64,000 bases of DNA, from positions 14,717 through 78,716 of IMG/VR virus record IMGVR_UViG_3300019755_000002; one strand, written 5' to 3'. Position numbers and translations under genes: made by a program. The notes under the pieces were generated by a model. That model did not search any database and was not told where the DNA came from. It worked only from the letters and a program-made list of their open reading frames with translations. Source of the DNA: a virus. Below, in pieces: positions 49,001 through 58,318 of the stretch (the first letter of the stretch is position 1; every line of letters begins with the position of its first letter).

Positions 49001-51749
49001 CGTAACGCTTTAAGTCTGCCTCGTTTTCGTTAACATTAGCCGTTGCTTTATCCAGGGGGTCTTCATAACGTCTGTTGGCTGTAGCATTTGAATACGCATA
49101 GGTTCCTAATGTTACCGCTGTCGCTAAACCAGCAACAACAGGACCACCTAAAATAGCAGGAAGCGCTCTTGCAGCAATACCTGTACCAGCCGAGGCCGCA
49201 ATACCTGCAGTACTCGCCCCGCCCGCTCCAGCAATTAATTTTCCAACGGGGTTCTTTGCCAAAAAAGCAAGCAGCTTTAAAACACCCGCACTTATCTTTA
49301 TTCCTTGAAGGGCAATAAAGCCACCAAGCATTAGCTGAAGCACATCTTTCGATTCTTTTAATAAACTAAGAAAGTCACCGCCTTTTTCTAAGGCCTTGGT
49401 TAAAAACTCGAGATATGGCTCCAAGGCTTCATAAAACACTGACCGAGCAATAGAGCCAAATCTAGCCCACTGGTTGGCAAGTGACGTCATTTGCACCGTG
49501 TTTGCTTTACTGGCGGATCCACTGCTTTGCATTGCCTCTGTTAATTCCTCAGCAACATCTAAGTTATTAGAAAAAGCACCATAAGCCGAGGCCGCTCTAA
49601 CTTGCATCGTTTGCATTGCATCCGTAACGGTGAACCCAGCGTTAGCCAATGTTGTCATAACATTGACTAAGCCATGAGTTCTAATGTCAAGCTGCTCCAT
49701 ATCTACATTTAGTTCAGACATTTTCTTTCTAAAACCTTCACTCGGCTTTTGAAGGGCAATAAGAATTTGTCTTAAACCTGTACCTAGCGTAGAACCCGAT
49801 CTAATACCTGAGTTTGCCATAGCTCCTAACGCGGCTACCGTTTCATCAAAAGACACATTACTCTGTGCGGCAATGTTACCCGCGTATTGAATACCTAGGC
49901 TTAGTTTTTCTAAGTTCAATTTCGAGCGATTAACTGCCGTGGTTAGCTTATCAACTACTTCAGGCATTCGACTCGATTCAATATTGAACACACCTAATGT
50001 TGATGTTGCTAAGTCTACGGCCGACTTTAAATCTGTGCCTATTGCCGTAGCAAATAACGTGATACCTTCAATGGTGTCAACTATCTGATCTTTAGATAAA
50101 CCCGCTTGACCGAGGACAATACCAGCCTCAGTTACCTCAACCGCCGTAAACTTGGTTTGCTCTGAAACACGAACCAAGTTATCTTCAAGATCCAACATTT
50201 CATTGTTGGTCAAGGCTAAAATAGATTGTAGTTGTTTCATAGAACTATCAAGGTCAACCGCGAAACTACCTACAGCATGAGCAGCACCAATACCTGCGCC
50301 CATAACGGCATAGTTTCTTAGTAATAAGGCTTGATTTCTAAACTTACCGCCGCCTGAATCCACATCATTGGCTATCTGAGACTTAATAGCATTATCTTTT
50401 GCCCGTTGCTGCAACTTAGGTATATCAATTCCCTTGTCTTGGCTCTTTTCTTTAGCTTTAGAACGGTTAAGGCTTTCTTGTTGCTTAACTATGGCTTTTA
50501 GTTTATCTAGGCGTTTGTCGGCTAAATCAAAGGCTTTTCTCTCAAGTTCAATTGTTTCCTTACTTTCTTTATTGCTTTGAGCTTGAGTGTATCTAAGCTT
50601 TTGAGCATCTCTAAGGCGTTGAACCTTATCACGGACGTAGCGTTGGTCGGATAACTCCGCAGAATCTAAGTTACTATAGGCACCTCTTTTACCAAAGTAT
50701 TGCTTATCGTTATAGCGTTTACGCGCAAACTCTTGACGTTGCACTTCGTCCAGTTCGCCTTGCTTCTGTCTTACTGTCTGCTCTTTAAGAGGCTTTTTGG
50801 CATCAATCTCTTTTTGAATAGTGGATGATAGCTCTCGCATTGCCTCAGCTAACGGGTCTCTAGCATTCTTATCCGCTAAAACCGTAGAATAGCGATTTGC
50901 TCCACGTTGATAGGACTTCAAGCCTGCAAGACTTAAGGCTGGATCTAATTGTTCCTCACCTAACGCAAGATTCGTTAATCTCTGTAACCGCTGGTGTTTC
51001 TTAGGGTTCTTGCGTTGATCTAGAACCGAAGTTAGCTCTTTTTCTAGTTGTGAATATTCTTGAGCCGCTTGATAATTTGATAGTGTTGCCGCCTCATTAC
51101 TTAAACTCGCACTACGTTTTTTTAATTGTGCGACCTCGGCATTGGATAACTTATCAACGTTAGCCCCTGAGCGAGACGCGACTTTTAAATCTGCAACTTT
51201 TTTACTCTGTGCGTTTTTAGCATTTTGCTTTTGACGTTGCTGAGCTTTTTTTAACACTCGGTCATTTTCAGCTTCAATTTTTCGTTGCTGAGCGCGTAAT
51301 TTATCCTCAAATTTCTTCAACGCGTCAAGTTGCGCTTGTTGAATATCAACAGTTGAATTCGTTAAACTTTTAAACGTGCTATCAATGGCCGATAAAACTT
51401 GTGTTTTATGCCTAGCATTGGGATTATTTCCCAATAAGCTTTTTGCTTCTTTGTCTAACGTTCTTTGTGCCGCGGCTTTCTCAGTATTAACTTGACCAAG
51501 TAAATTAGATAAATGCTTGTTATAGGCGTGATATTCGTCTGTTAAACGAGAAAAAGATTCCGGTGAAGAACCACCCTTATTTTTCCCCGAGAAGGACGTT
51601 CTTAAATCACGCTCTAACTTACCTAAATTCTCTTGAACGGAAATAATTTCCTGATCCAGACTTTTTATTCTTCGAGCCGTAGCTTCAATACTCTCGCGGG
51701 TATCGTTAGAGAACTTAATCCCTAGTTGAACGTCATCACCTTGCGACAT
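46032..51749 (-). CDS. tape measure protein (TP901-type)
   Basis: 1905 aa; 'FTAVEVTEA...LGQAG', 'LGAMANSGIRSGS.LGTGLR', C-terminal 'KGEFVL'. Confidence 0.93.
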   Translation of the reverse strand: MSQGDDVQLGIKFSNDTRESIEATARRIKSLDQEIISVQENLGKLERDLRTSFSGKNKGGSSPESFSRLTDEYHAYNKHLSNLLGQVNTEKAAAQRTLDKEAKSLLGNNPNARHKTQVLSAIDSTFKSLTNSTVDIQQAQLDALKKFEDKLRAQQRKIEAENDRVLKKAQQRQKQNAKNAQSKKVADLKVASRSGANVDKLSNAEVAQLKKRSASLSNEAATLSNYQAAQEYSQLEKELTSVLDQRKNPKKHQRLQRLTNLALGEEQLDPALSLAGLKSYQRGANRYSTVLADKNARDPLAEAMRELSSTIQKEIDAKKPLKEQTVRQKQGELDEVQRQEFARKRYNDKQYFGKRGAYSNLDSAELSDQRYVRDKVQRLRDAQKLRYTQAQSNKESKETIELERKAFDLADKRLDKLKAIVKQQESLNRSKAKEKSQDKGIDIPKLQQRAKDNAIKSQIANDVDSGGGKFRNQALLLRNYAVMGAGIGAAHAVGSFAVDLDSSMKQLQSILALTNNEMLDLEDNLVRVSEQTKFTAVEVTEAGIVLGQAGLSKDQIVDTIEGITLFATAIGTDLKSAVDLATSTLGVFNIESSRMPEVVDKLTTAVNRSKLNLEKLSLGIQYAGNIAAQSNVSFDETVAALGAMANSGIRSGSTLGTGLRQILIALQKPSEGFRKKMSELNVDMEQLDIRTHGLVNVMTTLANAGFTVTDAMQTMQVRAASAYGAFSNNLDVAEELTEAMQSSGSASKANTVQMTSLANQWARFGSIARSVFYEALEPYLEFLTKALEKGGDFLSLLKESKDVLQLMLGGFIALQGIKISAGVLKLLAFLAKNPVGKLIAGAGGASTAGIAASAGTGIAARALPAILGGPVVAGLATAVTLGTYAYSNATANRRYEDPLDKATANVNENEADLKRYDHWLKTLSSSMDSLYLKQAQFADGETGSKALTKFINTLNVELKDMGFFLDSNATSFEEVSAKLKEFRTNVANFNSDGLTKSGVLLKEQLLTQIDSLSPEIKRETRQQSKVDQYRYNRENISKREVFYGDTQFEYGTRFSLEEISPELKNLRLSETLDNLSKLDIDNNGYAKAKENLGRIIAYRNILTGIGNLPDEKLKQGLKFTAKTGNRDDDLVDFKVGIQNLLNYTETIKDKASEITESAKKYDKVTSGEPQALNKIVADLQNKYQGQVRDLQVQLGQDQKRIRTKGKDDPLLRHDLAEKLQKRFTEQINSIQEEVKSEAKAALETFFGEGKSTGVQLNKVLNATDIVSSSQGVYSEILGFVQQQQKPAQSAYFAQTEGELRTLSEDKKLNNLLLTQAKNKPEIDALELKLIAIEDQIAAIKTKRNKFDSSDQATSDKLDDQEKLAKISRDAYIQEQGDRVFSRIREQERLTLEAERRAQYNAELKALKFKAKSEADFQRRSKELQKNFEAQQRKEERERRKSELKERRYAWERAQGINDYYKDYALGNKQQRLKAETTLIEDQTGAKQTKSSAERQARFGGDSQVGEDTSAARNLSAINLYEQSSKEFANGIARLVEVLKAQNLANTGEIAGLQATINDPLNAGKVSDTAKINSQKLRTEIENNNKTIAKLNGQLEENIKATGDQTDALRLNNRVLQNEGYTFKTAEKRRRTSELRGGTFSSDQGQTEDFSFNPEEDDVSRFFSIIFRESNKAYEGFDLLTEASLGLQSVIVGMGDAGANAFKSWVDGSASASDAFKGFTLSIIDSMLNLAAQMTANSVMEQVLGLAASAFGGSTGGMGDGVTTIGLGSNVQTAWNGGLIYGGGYSTGGAITSGIESRDSTLIKAAKGEFVLRQAAVKALGIDRVRALNNLDASTVSSLGNNSATLEPQAIPTDKGSSGDVNIWVVTEQEKVQNLGPNDVVTIIQEDALKNGKTKRLIKRIAKGEL

Positions 51750-51767
51750 AGCGCCAATCCTCTATTT

Positions 51768-52133
51768 TTAACCGAAAATTTCAGCACAAGCTAATTGTGC
51801 CTCTTGCCAAGTTTTCGTTGGTTTAACTTCTGGGGCTTCTTCTTCACCCCCACCTAAAGCACGACTAATCGCAATACTTAGGTTTTCAAAATGTTGCGAC
51901 AGTTCGGCCATATTATGACTAACTGAAATTCGTAATTTAAAGCGTATGTCCGCAAAGGTATAACACCAGAAAGTTTTATGTAATTGACTTGGAAATATGT
52001 CAAAAGCCCAACAAACTTGTTCTTCAAATTCAAGGTCTTCATACCAACCTTTAAAAACGGTTAATGTTGACTTAGCGCCTGATTTACTTTCCGCTGTGTT
52101 TTCAGTTGATTTTTCAGGCGCATGATAAAAAAA
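51768..52133 (-). CDS. -1 frameshift extension of the tail assembly chaperone (gpGT-like)
   Basis: The -1 frame is open from the T7 slippery run (52133-52127) to TAA at 51770-51768. Confidence 0.75.
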   Translation of the reverse strand, partial: FFYHAPEKSTENTAESKSGAKSTLTVFKGWYEDLEFEEQVCWAFDIFPSQLHKTFWCYTFADIRFKLRISVSHNMAELSQHFENLSIAISRALGGGEEEAPEVKPTKTWQEAQLACAEIFG

Positions 52134-52426
52134 TCCTCTATATGCTCCTTAACCCAAGCAAAAATAGGCTCCACTTCGCTAATAGCCAGAGTATGAAGTG
52201 GAAATTTTTCAACTATTTCACCTTCTTCTCCACGTTGTGCTAGACACATTTCAAGGACAAAGTTTCGCAGATCAGGTTCACTGTTCAATTCTATCAGTTG
52301 ATCAACCGTATTGAATGGGATGATTAATGTGTTGAGAAGGGCAAAGCTCATAAATAGTTCTTTTTGTTTGCCATTTACCATAAGCCGTAACCTATCTGTA
52401 GGTTTTTTAGCTGCATCTTGAGCCAT
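52061..52426 (-). CDS. tail assembly chaperone (gpG-like)
   Basis: Between the tail tube and tape measure genes; 'EDFF' slippery site; start follows the motif at 52428-52438. Confidence 0.75.
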   Translation of the reverse strand: MAQDAAKKPTDRLRLMVNGKQKELFMSFALLNTLIIPFNTVDQLIELNSEPDLRNFVLEMCLAQRGEEGEIVEKFPLHTLAISEVEPIFAWVKEHIEDFFIMRLKNQLKTQRKVNQALSQH

Positions 52427-52480
52427 TATCGTCAATCCAAATTTAGTATTAGCCCTATCATAGGCTAAATATAAAAAACA

Positions 52481-52508
52481 AAAAAGCCCCGAGATATAGG
52501 GGCTTTTA
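52481..52508. terminator. intrinsic terminator, probably bidirectional
   Basis: AAAAGCCCC-GAGATATA-GGGGCTTTT flanked by A/T tracts. Confidence 0.75.
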
Positions 52509-52551
52509 TCTATAAAATCTAACGCTTAAAACTTTAAAATAAAAGCCACAC

Positions 52552-53367
52552 TTAAGTACGTTTAGACGCCGTAGCATCTTTAAGTAATTTGCCGGCCATA
52601 CCCTTATAATCCGCATAGAAGGGTTCACCAGGTAGTACTTTTAAATTCTTCCACTCAAAAGCCATGTTGCCATAATTTTCCGAAGAGAATGCCGCAGCAA
52701 AACCAGAAGACACCTTAATACGTGGGTTCAGTAGTGTTATCCACGTACCGTCTGCTAGCTGACCCGTCACTTTAGCTGCTAACTCGGTCTGTTCTTCTGT
52801 CGTACCTAGCTCTAAAACACTAACACGCTGAATAACCGACCCCGCAGGGATAATAACCGCACCAATATCTACCTGAACAGTAAGAGCACCCGTGGACGCA
52901 ACGCCTGACGTATCTGTCGCTTTAGCAAGAATAATATTATCATCATCTGGAAATCGAATTGAAATCATATCTCCATCAGCTAACGGTTGAGGTGTACTAC
53001 CTTCTGTCACTACAAGATCATGTGTCTTGTCACTGTTATTCGTACCAATCGCGTTAACAATGAAAGGGTCACCCGTTACTTCACTAATATCAAATCCAGA
53101 CAAACCGAGGGCATAGGCCATGTTCTTGGCGGTATATTCATACATTTCCATCGAAGCACGCGTCTCAGAACCCGTAGTCATAGTAAAGACAAGATCGTTA
53201 GTAACACCTGCTGTTAAATCCGTAGAACTTCGGTCGTTATTCACGTTAAAATTCTTTACTAATCCAATCGAATGCTCCGAGGGGTTTAGTTCCATTAGCT
53301 TTTCTCGTTCACCAATCATTACCGTGGCACTAGAGAGCATAAAATTTTTACTTTTAGCTTCACTCAT
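52552..53367 (-). CDS. major tail (tube) protein
   Basis: Synteny, size and beta-rich sequence. Confidence 0.7.
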   Translation of the reverse strand: MSEAKSKNFMLSSATVMIGEREKLMELNPSEHSIGLVKNFNVNNDRSSTDLTAGVTNDLVFTMTTGSETRASMEMYEYTAKNMAYALGLSGFDISEVTGDPFIVNAIGTNNSDKTHDLVVTEGSTPQPLADGDMISIRFPDDDNIILAKATDTSGVASTGALTVQVDIGAVIIPAGSVIQRVSVLELGTTEEQTELAAKVTGQLADGTWITLLNPRIKVSSGFAAAFSSENYGNMAFEWKNLKVLPGEPFYADYKGMAGKLLKDATASKRT

Positions 53368-53471
53368 ATCATCAATCCTTATTCAAATTTTAGGGTTTAC
53401 CTATTAAGTATTCTAGACATCAGTGATGCCGAGATTTAAAGTATAAATTTACATCTATTCAAAAGCAAAGA

Positions 53472-53918
53472 CTATATTTCAGGCTGGACTCCAACCTGAA
53501 ATAATATCGCTTGAAACGTTTTAGTTTGGGCGTTTATTTTTGGTGGTACTCGTCGTGGACCTACAAACACCATTTCACCAGCTTCTACTTCCTTTACCAC
53601 GTCATAAAGCTTAATAGCGTTCTCAGCTTGCATTTTATCAACAAGAAAGCTTAAAGCCTCAATCAATAGCATATTGTTGGTGTCACTTTGTGTAGCAATA
53701 ACAACTTGTCCCGACGCAATGGCTACGGGGTTATTCGCATCCGAGTACGAGAAATCTTCCAAACCAATAAGGTGCCCAGAAGGTAAGTCATTTTCGTCAC
53801 TCTCAGCATCCAGATTAATGGGGGTGAATGTCTTCCCCGTCTCTAAATGAAGTGCTTCGGCCATATCCGAGATAAAACGTAGTAATGACGCCTGAGTATG
53901 TTTAAGTAGTCTTTCCAT
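53472..53918 (-). CDS. putative tail terminator
   Basis: Synteny only. Confidence 0.5.
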   Translation of the reverse strand: MERLLKHTQASLLRFISDMAEALHLETGKTFTPINLDAESDENDLPSGHLIGLEDFSYSDANNPVAIASGQVVIATQSDTNNMLLIEALSFLVDKMQAENAIKLYDVVKEVEAGEMVFVGPRRVPPKINAQTKTFQAILFQVGVQPEI

Positions 53919-54882
53919 TGTTTATCCTTGAAATTACATCATCTAATTCAAATTCAATCGACTCCAATACCTCACCGAACACAGGGTCAATTAACAATCT
54001 TCCGTCCTTCGCCATAGCCTTTAAATTTTGTTCCAGACTATTAACCTTTCTTCTACCTTGCGGGTTTGATAATTTTAAAAAGCTTGTATGTTCAATTAAA
54101 AAATTTAAGAAGCCTTGCTCACTTTGCTCTAAATTTCTAAAGAATTCCCCTTTAATATTAAAGGTTACATGCCCTTTTGCTATGGCTTGAGCTAAAGAAA
54201 TAACACGCCCATCGGGTCGTTGTATCTTGTTTTTATTTTCCGTTCTATAAAACCCTTTGGCTAAACTAGAATGTTTGTGTGTTCTCCCCATTCTAAGAAA
54301 TTCTTTTGAAACAATATCTTGCCAACGAGCATTAATTAACGTCCCGCGTTTACCAATTTTTTTAGCTCTACCACCTACTACTTTACCCAAGGAAGCGTTA
54401 CTTGCTCCTTGCACCTGATTTGAGGTTCCTAAGCCACCTAATCCGTCAAATAAAACGTTACCCGCCGTAACATCTTTTAAGCTGTCAATTTTACCATATA
54501 AGGATTGAGAAAATGGGTAGCGCTCTTTTCCCTTTCGGTGACCTCGGGTATAACGCTTACCATGCTGCTTTGACAACCCATAACGACCTTTAAAATACTC
54601 TGCGCCATTAGCCCCAAAAAATTGTACTTTATCTTCAAAATAAGATTGCTTCAGTTTTGGAACCCGATATGACCCCACCCAAGGATTAGTCGTTTTCATT
54701 TCACTATTAGTATCACTCATTGTTATCGCTAATAACGAAAAAAACGTGTCTAGCTCTCTAACAATTATTTGTTGTAATTGTGAGCTAATACTCTTAGCAA
54801 CAGTTTCTTGGGTGAATTCTAATAATTGACTAACTTTCCCCATAACCGACGAAAGTAAACTCCCTTTAACTCCAGAAGACAC
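53902..54882 (-). CDS. putative neck / tail completion protein
   Basis: Basic protein in the head-tail joining region. Confidence 0.45.
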   Translation of the reverse strand: MSSGVKGSLLSSVMGKVSQLLEFTQETVAKSISSQLQQIIVRELDTFFSLLAITMSDTNSEMKTTNPWVGSYRVPKLKQSYFEDKVQFFGANGAEYFKGRYGLSKQHGKRYTRGHRKGKERYPFSQSLYGKIDSLKDVTAGNVLFDGLGGLGTSNQVQGASNASLGKVVGGRAKKIGKRGTLINARWQDIVSKEFLRMGRTHKHSSLAKGFYRTENKNKIQRPDGRVISLAQAIAKGHVTFNIKGEFFRNLEQSEQGFLNFLIEHTSFLKLSNPQGRRKVNSLEQNLKAMAKDGRLLIDPVFGEVLESIEFELDDVISRINNGKTT

Positions 54883-55367
54883 TAGTAAACCTCGGCACGA
54901 TAAACACCACCCAACAGGGTTACGGCTCTAACTCTACGGTTATTAATCTTATCCGCTGTAGTTACACTCTTTCCGAGATAAAAGATGCTTTTTTCAAACG
55001 ACAAGTTATCATCTTCACCGTGACTAATAACATCTTGAACACAAGGTAAAACCATTTCTTGATATCGGGTTCTATTTGAGGGTAGACCCGTAATCATGTT
55101 CTTAACCGTTAAGGTGGTAGAATGCTTAACACGACAATTAATAGATAAACCTAGAAATACTCGATGCCCCTTAGCATAATGATGGTGTGCTAAAAGATAC
55201 TCAGGCTCGCCCATAAAGGTTAATATTTCCGAGGGTTTTACCTTATATTCTAGTGGTATGTGTATTAGACTTCTTACAGGGGTAAGGGTTCTAAAATTAT
55301 CTTCTGGTTTGGTGACTAAGACTTTAACAAAGCGATTTCCAATAAGATATTCTTGGTACTTAATCAT
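54882..55367 (-). CDS. putative head closure protein
   Basis: Synteny only. Confidence 0.45.
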   Translation of the reverse strand: MIKYQEYLIGNRFVKVLVTKPEDNFRTLTPVRSLIHIPLEYKVKPSEILTFMGEPEYLLAHHHYAKGHRVFLGLSINCRVKHSTTLTVKNMITGLPSNRTRYQEMVLPCVQDVISHGEDDNLSFEKSIFYLGKSVTTADKINNRRVRAVTLLGGVYRAEVY

Positions 55368-56059
55368 TACTCACCCACAATAATATCCGTGGTTGTAACC
55401 ACTTCAAGGAACGGGTCAACGTCATATTCAAACCCAAACCGTACCGCTCGTAGCTTGTCATATTCAGCTTGTAAGTTTTGGCGTAATCTAGGAAAGTTTA
55501 ACTTAGCTCTAACGGCACTGTGATCATCAACTTTATGTGTTTGTAGTGCTTTCATTTCTATCGTCGGCATTTGATCTAAAGCGGCTTTATATAAAATTAG
55601 CCTATTATCTTCTAAGTGGTACTTCAGTTCTTCAAATAAAGGCTGTTCAACCTCGGTCATCACACCATGATAGGCGTGGTAGAGATTAATACTTGCTAAC
55701 GAAATCTCTTGCTCGGTAACTCCAAGAAGCTCAATAACATCCTGAGGGGTATAAATTAAAGGTAAAAAAGGTACTACTTCAATAAGAACTCTAGTGGTTA
55801 TAGCTAAACCCTCTGATTGAAATAAAACGTGTAGATACTTATTTGAAAAGGCCTCATCACTAGCTACCGTTAAATGTTCGGGAGCAATGACAAAATCCCA
55901 AACATCGAAAGCATAAGATAGGGAAGTAACTTCAGTTCCAAGTGAATCTCTAAGCGTAAGTTCTACTAACCCAGAATCAGGGGTATATAAAACGTCACCA
56001 ACCCGTAGTGGTACGGATAACTTAAAATTCTCACCCTGAACTAATGTTACTTTATTCAT
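55367..56059 (-). CDS. putative head-tail adaptor
   Basis: Synteny; 'YTPQDVIELLGV'. Confidence 0.5.
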   Translation of the reverse strand: MNKVTLVQGENFKLSVPLRVGDVLYTPDSGLVELTLRDSLGTEVTSLSYAFDVWDFVIAPEHLTVASDEAFSNKYLHVLFQSEGLAITTRVLIEVVPFLPLIYTPQDVIELLGVTEQEISLASINLYHAYHGVMTEVEQPLFEELKYHLEDNRLILYKAALDQMPTIEMKALQTHKVDDHSAVRAKLNFPRLRQNLQAEYDKLRAVRFGFEYDVDPFLEVVTTTDIIVGE

Positions 56060-56068
56060 ATTTAAAAC

Positions 56069-56578
56069 CTATTTGGCTTTGGCCTTGGCGGCTGCTTTTG
56101 CTTCGGCTTTTGCTTCGGCTTCGGCTTTTGCTTCGGAAGCTGCTTTTGCTTCGGCTGCTGCTTTTGCTTCGGCTGCTGCTTTTGCTTCGGCTTTTGCTTC
56201 GGCTTCGGCTTTTGCTTCGGCAGCTGCTTTTGCTTCGGCAGCTGCTTCGGCTTCGGCTTTTGCTTCGGCTTCGGCTTTTGCTTCTGAAGAACCAAATGTT
56301 TCCACAAAAATTTCAATCGCTAACTGAGTGCGCTTAACATCATCACCTTCACTAGCGCTTAAAACCTTTTCACTAAAAAAAATCTTTGTGAAATCGTCAT
56401 CCGTTACTTCGGGCTTTAACTCTACTGCTGTCGCTAGAGTAATTTTACTTGAAGCAATCGCCGAGGTAATAAATGAGCAAGCCGAAACAACCGTCGGTAT
56501 AAAGGGTTTCACCGTCTCACCTGTTGGTGTCATCAACATCACGGGTTTTTTTGCTGGCTTAACTAGTAATTTTTTCAT
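56069..56578 (-). CDS. protein with an EAKA/EAAA repeat tail
   Basis: Start ATG 56578; C-terminal (EAKAEA)n. Confidence 0.7.
   Translation of the reverse strand: MKKLLVKPAKKPVMLMTPTGETVKPFIPTVVSACSFITSAIASSKITLATAVELKPEVTDDDFTKIFFSEKVLSASEGDDVKRTQLAIEIFVETFGSSEAKAEAEAKAEAEAAAEAKAAAEAKAEAEAKAEAKAAAEAKAAAEAKAASEAKAEAEAKAEAKAAAKAKAK
56073..56285. repeat. low-complexity tandem repeat (GCTTCGGCTTTT-type units)
   Basis: Seen directly in the sequence. Confidence 0.9.
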
Positions 56579-56646
56579 AACTGTCTTCCAAATCAAACTA
56601 AAAAGTCCGTAACCCCACAAATAGAGCTACGGCAATAGGCACCTGT

Positions 56647-57864
56647 TTATTGTGTACAATCAATCAAGGTACGCGTGTCACCGAAGATCAAACGATAACC
56701 TTGGTTAATTGTTTTAACGTAGGTTACCGATTGATTGCGAATGGCTTTCTCTGACTCTTTAATTTGGGAGTTAGCTTCCGTCAATTCTTCTAAAGTATCA
56801 CCACGGCTATAGGCCATTAAGAAACCAGCCGTCATTGAACTGGATAACTCAAAGTTAACACCCTTAAGCAAATCTAATCCCAAGCGTACTTGTGGTGCAC
56901 CATGTTTTTGTAAATGTTCCGCAACCGAAACACCACTCGTTGTTGGTTCAAACATTAAGAATAACTCAAGATACATATCTAAGTTACCAACTAACGTGTC
57001 GATAGGAATACCTTTGCTTGCACGCGCAACTAATAACTTCATTAATGCAACATAGTTATTTTTAAGGGTCTTAGACGACGTAAAGTCCGCACCATAAGCG
57101 CCTAATGTGACTACATCCGCAGCACCAAAAACAGCATCACCATTAACTAGTAATTTTGTGGCCGCAGCAACTTTATCTAATTCCGTTTGACGCTCTACAC
57201 GAAAGGCGTAGGGCGTTAAAACATCGAGCGTAACACGACGGCTAAACTCATACGAGGTGCGAATTGCTGAACCGAACTTGAAGAATTTAACTGAGTGCTC
57301 AGAATCGGTTAAGGTTGTTACTGGGATGTTTGACATCTCAGCTACAGGACCACTATGTCGTTCATCGTCTTTGTCATCAAAGATTGCACGGGTAATTAAT
57401 TGTGGACCAGAAATAGTACGTGTTTGAGCAACTAAACCTTTAGTGGATTCAAACTGATCCATTTTGTTTTGCCACTGAAGCATATCATCAACCACTTCAG
57501 GGAATAACGCACGAGAACCTGGATTATACTGAAAGGTATCTGAGGCCGCTTGTAAAAGCACACCTTGTTTAAAATCATTTTTAAACGGTAAGTTAAGCTC
57601 CGCCAATGTCGCTTCATAGCCCGACATGAACTGACCTTCACCAAGGTAGAATGGATGATTTTTTGCGCTTTCCCCGCACCCACCACCTGAAGCCTGAACA
57701 TCTACGGCCAACGTTAAATAATCACGAAGACCTAAACCATACTCTGAGGCTTCGTTACATAAACGTGACCCTGCGGCTGCAGAAACAGCCGCATCTTTAT
57801 CTTTCATACCCAGTAGAACAATGTCTAGTGGGCGTTTTTTTATCTCGGTTAAATTTTTAGCCAT
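56647..57864 (-). CDS. major capsid protein
   Basis: Size and synteny; 'KFFKFGSAIRTSYEF.RR..LD'. Confidence 0.8.
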   Translation of the reverse strand: MAKNLTEIKKRPLDIVLLGMKDKDAAVSAAAGSRLCNEASEYGLGLRDYLTLAVDVQASGGGCGESAKNHPFYLGEGQFMSGYEATLAELNLPFKNDFKQGVLLQAASDTFQYNPGSRALFPEVVDDMLQWQNKMDQFESTKGLVAQTRTISGPQLITRAIFDDKDDERHSGPVAEMSNIPVTTLTDSEHSVKFFKFGSAIRTSYEFSRRVTLDVLTPYAFRVERQTELDKVAAATKLLVNGDAVFGAADVVTLGAYGADFTSSKTLKNNYVALMKLLVARASKGIPIDTLVGNLDMYLELFLMFEPTTSGVSVAEHLQKHGAPQVRLGLDLLKGVNFELSSSMTAGFLMAYSRGDTLEELTEANSQIKESEKAIRNQSVTYVKTINQGYRLIFGDTRTLIDCTQ

Positions 57865-57926
57865 GATATCATCAATCCAATTTATTAATTTTTAAGTTCA
57901 AAAACAGTGGTTAGTAACCACGTTTG

Positions 57927-58316
57927 TTACATAAAGGTAACGTGAACCAGTTTACCTGTAGTATCAATACCTTCAACTAAGGCTCGCCCAATCGTAGCAC
58001 TTGCTTTTACTTTGCCTGTACCGTCACCAACAACCCACTGACCAATAACTGGATCTGTACCCGAATATTCAAAGGTTGTGTACATTAATGGTGCTACCGC
58101 TCCCGCTTTATAGCCTTCTTGAGTGCGGTCTTCATAACTTTCTAAAGCACCCAAAATTTGAGCACCATCAGCCGCTAAACCAATAGTAAAGTTGGCCGTA
58201 GCATCTAAAGACACGGGCTTAGCAATGTCACTGTGGCTTGTAATTGAAGCATTTAAAAAGTATGTGGCATTCGCATCTTCAATACGTATGCCCTTGTGAC
58301 GAATAACTGAATACAT
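57927..58316 (-). CDS. head decoration / capsid cement protein
   Basis: Lies between the protease and MCP; 'G..VVGDGTGKVKA'. Confidence 0.65.
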   Translation of the reverse strand: MYSVIRHKGIRIEDANATYFLNASITSHSDIAKPVSLDATANFTIGLAADGAQILGALESYEDRTQEGYKAGAVAPLMYTTFEYSGTDPVIGQWVVGDGTGKVKASATIGRALVEGIDTTGKLVHVTFM

Positions 58317-58318
58317 AA

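Noticed and set aside
56044-56337. Alternative-frame ORFs (poly-L/R, QKPK, AFAS)
   Set aside because: Shadows of the EAKA repeat
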